DNA of 64,000 bases from the human T2T-CHM13v2.0 reference genome, Homo sapiens. The position numbers and the translations under genes were made by a program. Shown in pieces: positions 58,400-64,000 of this stretch. The notes under the pieces are model-generated. The model did no database searches. It was not told where the DNA came from and saw only the letters and a program-made list of their open reading frames with translations. Within the stretch, counting starts at the first letter, position 1. Every line of letters begins with the position of its first letter. The stretch lies in the NCBI RefSeq assembly GCF_009914755.1, contig NC_060938.1, one strand, 5' to 3'.

Positions 58400-58705
58400 T
58401 TGCATGAGTTTTCCATTGCTGTAATAAATGACCATAAACAGTGGCTTCAAACAACACAAATTTATTATCTCACGGCTTCTGTGGGTCAGGAGTAGGCACA
58501 GCTTAGCCAATTTCTTTGCTCAGAGACTCAGCTGGTGGTAGTCAAGGTATCAACCAGCAGGAAAATCTCTCTCTTCAAGTTTATATAATGTAACCCAATC
58601 AAAGAAGTGGCTGCTTCATCACATTCACAGGCCTTGTCCACAGCCAAAAGGAAGAGATCAGAGGTTCTGTTCACCGGCGGGGTAGGACTCTTGGAATTCT
58701 TCCAC
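58400..58705 (-). mobile_element. MaLR LTR, MLT1E/F-like (internally deleted)
   Basis: 'cagtggcttcaaacaacacaaatttattatctcacggcttctgtgggtcaggagt...cacagcttagc' ... 'tgtaacccaatca...catcacattcacagg'. Confidence 0.75.
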
Positions 58706-59288
58706 GCTTGTCATTCCTGGTGTCCCCTGTGTGCACATGCTGCGTATCCTCTTCTGTCAGGTCCAGGGTCTGGACACATTTTAAAGCAGAGATGATTTTG
58801 GCCTGGGTTTTGAAGGAAGAGTAGGAGTTAAAGTTGAAAAGGGAAAGGAGACCATTCAGACACGGCGAGTGAGATGACTTGGTCGAGGTTTGATAATCAT
58901 AATGCCAGCTGTGCTTGGATGTATGTCTTCTGCTGGGGACTTGGAAAGTAGTTATTAGACCCTTTATTTTTGATATGTCATGTATGTGGGGCTAGTCACA
59001 CCTGAAGACCTAAATCTTTCAATGTAGATAGCAAAGGATGATTGAAGGAAAAAAGTGAAACAGCTTTCTTCCACTACTCTGGCACAATAAGAATAAACAT
59101 GTATTTAGAACTGCAATCTTTCCTTCATGCTTTGTCATAGATGCACGTTAACGAATAGGCTTGAAAAAAAATGCAGATTCCTGAGTCCCATGTCTAAAAA
59201 TACTGATTGAACAGGACAAATGTGATAGCCAGGAATCTGCTTGAAACAAACCTCACGGGTATTTCTAATGCAAATGTCCAAGGGCACG

Positions 59289-59851
59289 TCTCCCCCAAGG
59301 TAGAGGCTACAGGCTTTTAATAAAAAAGCTTCTGTGGGCTGGGTGCGGTGGCTCACACCTGTAATCCCAGCACTTTGGGAGGCCGAAGTGGGCGGATCAC
59401 AAGGTCAGGAGATCGAGACCATCCTGGCTAACATGGTGAAACCCCATCTCTACTAAAAATACGGAAAATTAGCTGGGCGTGGTGGTGGGTGCCTGTAGTC
59501 CCAGCTACTCAGGAGGCTGAGGCAGGAGAATGGCGTGAACCCAGGAGGCAGAGCTTGCAGTGAGCCGAGATCAGGCCACTGCACTCCAGCCTGGGCAACA
59601 GAGCGAGACACCGTCTCAAAAAACAAACAAACAAACAAACAAACAAAAAGCTTCTGTGACCAGGTTTCCAGGGCTTTCAGGAATTCCTACAGTCTTCTTA
59701 CTGTATCTTCAGTATTCATAAGCTTTGTTGTATCAGTTTTCTGTGGTTGTGTAACAAATTACTGCAAACAGTGGCTTAAAACAACCAAATTTATTGTCGC
59801 ATGGTTTCTGTGGGTGAGAAGTTTGGGCACAGCTTAGCTGGGTTCTTTGCT
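59289..59851 (+). repeat. Direct-orientation copy of 58285-58520 (with an AluY inserted)
   Basis: Long shared blocks: ttttaataaaaa, gcttctgtgaccagg, cctacagtcttcttactgt, tcttcagtattca, aaacagtggctt, ggcacagcttagc, ttctttgct. Confidence 0.92.
59337..59644 (+). mobile_element. AluY (older, CpG-decayed) with an (AAAC)n tail
   Basis: 'gagatcgagaccatcctggctaac', 'gaatggcgtgaaccc', 'gagcttgcagtg'; 14-bp TSD aaaaagcttctgtg at 59323-59336 and 59645-59658. Confidence 0.95.
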
Positions 59852-61040
59852 TTTTCCAAAGGCAATCCTTTGAAACACACTGGTTTAATGTCTTCCAAGT
59901 CCTTCACAGAAATTTCACTTTTCCTCTCAAAGTGACATAAGGTTCATTTTACAGATGAGTCAACTGAGGCTTAGAAAATGATTTTCCAAAACACTAAATC
60001 AATATATGATAAGAGTTGGGGAACAAATTCAGATTTTCTCTTTCAGGCCTCAAGATCTTTTTTGGCTTTCCTGTCTCTGAAGGCATAATTTAGAGATGTG
60101 AGTATTGATTTGATCTACTTCCAACTGGCGTTTCGGCTTTTCTTGTTTGTTTGTTACTTCATCTCCTTAATATTTATGCAACCTGGACCAAAAGGTCTGC
60201 CTTTGTTTCAATTCCTATCCAAAGCCCTGCAGAATTCACATTAGCACTTCCACAAAAGTCATAAAGGCTCTGCAAACTGCTCACAGTTTAAATATGGAAG
60301 TCAAAACCCTAATCACAATTTAATATAACTAAATATGTACATACTTTATGGTCAATCATCCAGACCATTTACAGAGTCCCTTGGCTTTGAAATTACTAGA
60401 TCTCAAATGGTGCCGTAGATGAGCTTTGCTTGACATGACATATATTGAAATAGACTGTGGAGCGATCACTTAGGGATGAAAACCTCACTACAGTCTTAGT
60501 GAACCAAAGCTAAGAGGCAAATTATTCAATTACAGTAAATTTACAGTAGCTTAATATTTGATAAAAGTGGTTCTCCCATCATCAGAGCATCTTATTGAAA
60601 ACCCTTGAGCAGCAAAATAGCGCCGGAAACTCTTAAGATGTTTTAACCACTTATTAAGAAAATTCATCTAGCTTGATCTTTTATGAGCAGTTTGCCTTAA
60701 ATATACCTTTTTTTTTTTTTTGGTAATTGTCAGGTACTTTGCACATGCACCGTTGGCCTTGAAATTAACCCACTAATTGTTCTACTGTGAGCAGCGGTGG
60801 GCATGGGTGGAGCACACAGCAACACCCACTGAAGTAAAGGCTGCTTGGGGTTGAAAGTGTGGCCTTGAGAAAGGGGGACTTCGTCCGTACTTTGGACTTG
60901 CAGGCGAGGCATCAGTCCTGAGTGCTTGCCCTACTGAGATGTGCCTAGCAAGGGGACAGATGGCTTTATGAAAAGGCAAGTTGCACGTCACAGGTCATGT
61001 TCAATGAGAAGCCAGTTGTCTGCCCCAGAAAACTACAAAG

Positions 61041-61192
61041 CAGGATTTCTCATATTTTAATGCAGAGATGAATCAACTGGGGATTTGGTTAAAATGTGAC
61101 TTCTAGTTAGGCCTAAGTGTCTGCATTTCTAACAAGCTTGAGGGTGATGATGCCCCTGCCGCTGCTCTGCAAAAGCCTCTTAGAGTTGCAAG
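61041..61192. mobile_element. MER5B-like fragment
   Basis: 'caggatttctca...gaatcaactggggatttggttaaaatg...tctgcatttctaacaagc...ggtgatg'. Confidence 0.65.
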
Positions 61193-62051
61193 AAGATAAG
61201 GACACTCCTGGCCCCACCTGGACCGGGCATAGGTGGAGTCTCCGGTGCGGTGCCTGACCTGCAGGACAACAGAATATAGCAGACAGCCCTGGTGGGGTTT
61301 GAACCCAAGCTCTATAGGTTCCTAGCTGTGTACAGTTTTGGATGAGCTGTTTAACCCATCTGAGAAAATTCTATCACATTGGACTTGAGAAAGGACATTG
61401 AGTTCCGTCCATCCTGACTCTGGCATGCTGGATTGAAGGGCTTGGGGAAGTTCATCTGGCCCTCCAGCCTCCTTGGATAGGTGCATTCAAATACAAATGC
61501 CACTCTGCGGCTTGCTTTGGAGCTGCCATCATGTAAATAAACATTCCCTCTGCCCAAACCTCATCCTCATGAAGCCACGCCGGCTAGAAATGTTGATTTT
61601 TCTAACTTCTAGAATCAGAGTTCGACTTCTTAATCTGGGTTTAGTTAAACTTCCCTACTGCTTAGGCACTTGTCTTCAAATATAAAAGAGGCGAAGAGAG
61701 GGGGTGGAAATGCTAATTAGGCCCTGTCACAATTCCAGCTACTGTTGTGAGAACTCACAGTATGCAAATCAGATTAAACCGACCCCAAGCTTCTCAGGGC
61801 TAGGAGGGCAGGGATTGGGGACTGGATTGACAATTGCCGGGTGAAAAGGTAAAAGCTGGTCCTCAGCCTCCTCCCAAGATCCCCATTTCTTTCATTTGCT
61901 CTGCAGTGTTTCTGAAGCTCCCAAGCTGAGAGACACCCAGCAGGAAAAGTCGAATCAGATGAGATGTGTGTGTAGTGTGTGTTAAATAAAACACAGTCTG
62001 CTCCCCAATGTCGCAGCTGTATTCAGAGTAAAAGTGAGCTAATGGCTTTAA

Positions 62052-62088
62052 ACACACACACACACACACATACACACACACTCACACA
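62052..62088. repeat. (CA)n microsatellite, interrupted
   Basis: Directly visible. Confidence 0.9.
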
Positions 62089-62475
62089 ATCACCATTCAG
62101 CTCAGTATAAATGTCACAGCATCAAATACCAAATACTGAGAATTATTAACGTAAGTGGCCTTCTATAATAAAGCTCATTATTAATAGGCCTATTAGCTCA
62201 GCATTCATTTGAACCGACAGCAACTTCTTTCTACGGCAGCTGTCTGCTCCCTTTTTTCATCCAAGACCCCTTCTGACATCTCAATGTATATTAAGAGGCA
62301 GATAACGGGGTGGGGGAATGGCAGGGAGGCGTGATGAAAGGAATGCAGATTATTTTAAAAGGGGGAAGAGAGATGGGGAGTTCCTATTTATCAAGCATGC
62401 ATTAAAAAATAATGGCAAGCATTATTGAGCATATATCACATGCAGGCATGTTACATGTATTATTTTATCTCATTC

Positions 62476-62625
62476 CCAGAAAATATAGAACACTGGTTAA
62501 AATTAAGTTACAGATAAATCACATTAGAAAATATAGGCATGTTCCAAATATTGCTCCAATTAGATGTCATTTATCTGAAATTTGAATTTAACTGGGTATC
62601 CTGTATCCTTAGTTGCTAAATATAG
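62476..62625. mobile_element. MER53 palindromic hAT MITE (centre partly deleted), nested in a MIR
   Basis: Inverted arms actggttaaaattaagttacagataaat (62492-62519) / atttatctgaaatttgaatttaactgggt (62570-62598), followed by 'atcctgtat...ttgctaaat'. Confidence 0.75.
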
Positions 62626-63549
62626 AGCAAATCATATTATTATCCACATTTTACAAGTAAGGGTACTGAAGCTTAAAGGGGTGCAGTCCAAGGTCAGCCT
62701 TCACATTGGGTAAGAATTGCTGACCTTGAACCTTGTTCACTTCAGAACTCATTCCCTCCCCAGGATTCCCAGGAGGCTTCCTACATGTGTGTCAGTTACG
62801 ACACACACAGCTCAACACAAGCTTCCTCTTATTCATTTTCCCAGAGGTTCATGTAGTTGTCTTTATTGTGCCCATTTTGCAGATAGAATTGAGGTTCTGA
62901 GCTGTCAAGTATCAGCAGAGTCATTTTGGTCATTTGTCCAGCATTTGCTGAGCAGCTACTCAGCACCAGGTGCTCTGCTGGACACTTAGGCTATAAAACT
63001 CATATAGAGGCTCAGTCTTCAAGTCTTATGCATACAGTAAATGGAACAAGGCAAGTGCACCAATCAGGTAAGTGAAATGTATGATAAGACAAGGTTAACT
63101 GTCAGAACTTCCCAAAACAGTTAAGCTGCTGTGTCAGTTTCTCTTTCGCAAAAGGTTTCACCTGGTGAAGAGCTTTTGAGGGGCAGATAGTGTAGATTAA
63201 TTTTTTAAAAATAGTCTTAAAGAAAACCCTAGATTTATATATGCAAAAACAGTGTTTTATTTTTAGCTTAAAAGTATTATAAAACTTCTAGGGCAATGAA
63301 TCATTAGGTGAAAACTTAAGAAATTTAATAAATGGGGATCTGCAGAGACCAGTTTCATATCACACAGAAAATGACACGAAGAGATGGTCACCCTTCATTC
63401 ATCCATCTCAGCTCAGTATCAAATGATGGAGAGCAGATTATTTGACATTTATTAAATGAATATGTGTTAAACACCTAGTATATGTCAAGCACGATAATGG
63501 AAAAGTACACACCTGCTCTCAGGGAATTCACAGTTATTGCATACCCTTT

Positions 63550-63700
63550 CTGACCCTCATTTTACTCATCTGTAAAATGGAAATATGGGTGATGCTTACT
63601 TCACAGGGCAGTTGTGAATGTAAAATGAGTTAATATACTTAAGCTCTTAAAATAGGGTCTGGCACATACTAAATATTCAGTAAACTAGAGCTCTCATTAT
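63550..63700 (+). mobile_element. MIR SINE
   Basis: 'ctcatctgtaaaatgg...cttcacagggcagttgtga...aaatgagttaatatac...tctggcacatactaaatattcagtaaa'. Confidence 0.8.
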
Positions 63701-64000
63701 TTTTTGTTGGGGGCTGATAAAATCACATAGGTCTATACTAACAATATATACTGACATTACAGTGTGATAAGGGGTTATTTGGGGCAGATGCATGGTGATG
63801 TGGGGCCAGTAAAGTCAATCTGCAGCAAAGCCATAGCGATAAATGAAGGCTTCATAGACTACAAGGTGAGTCCTTCCCTAAAAGGCAGGAGGAAAGGACA
63901 TTCCAAGGTTAAAATTAGCTAACATTTATTGATTCATTGATGTAGGCACTCTTTCCACATACAAGTAAGGAAACAGGCTGTAGCTTGCAGATTTGGGATA

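Larger units (their letters stand above)
59125..59883. mobile_element. MER5 (MER5B-like), split by a templated duplication and an AluY
   Basis: Left part 'aaaatgcagattcctgagtccc...ccaggaatctgc...aacaaacctc..gggtatttctaatgca...tccaagggca' (to 59286); right part 'tccaaaggcaatcctttgaaacacactg' (59855-59883). Confidence 0.7.

Overview
Primate, very probably human, non-coding genomic DNA (intergenic or deep intronic), AT-rich and CpG-depleted. I find no credible host protein-coding exon. The only ORFs matching a real protein family are fragments of one dead LINE-1 ORF2; the others fall in Alu, LTR or microsatellite sequence or look like random short ORFs. The window is a mosaic of old repeats (MIR, L2, MaLR LTRs, MER5/33/53/58 DNA elements, L1M ends) overlaid by about a dozen Alu-family copies, one THE1 LTR, one MADE1 MITE and a ~3 kb 5'-inverted L1PA. 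Subfamily names come from recalled consensus sequences and were not checked by RepeatMasker. I see no evidence of a new biological system. The most interesting signals concern insertion and repair history: (i) a twin-primed L1 whose target site has 8 nt of homology to the internal priming site; (ii) two adjacent stacks where a retroelement inserted into the target-site duplication (TSD) of an older one, leaving three copies of each target; (iii) a ~235-bp segment copied from 1 kb upstream into a MER5 element, with a ~10-bp flanking duplication; (iv) a very young AluYd8; (v) an old ~121-bp tandem duplication; (vi) a miR-548-type MADE1 hairpin. Several unique-sequence motif clusters are candidate enhancers or promoters, by inference only.
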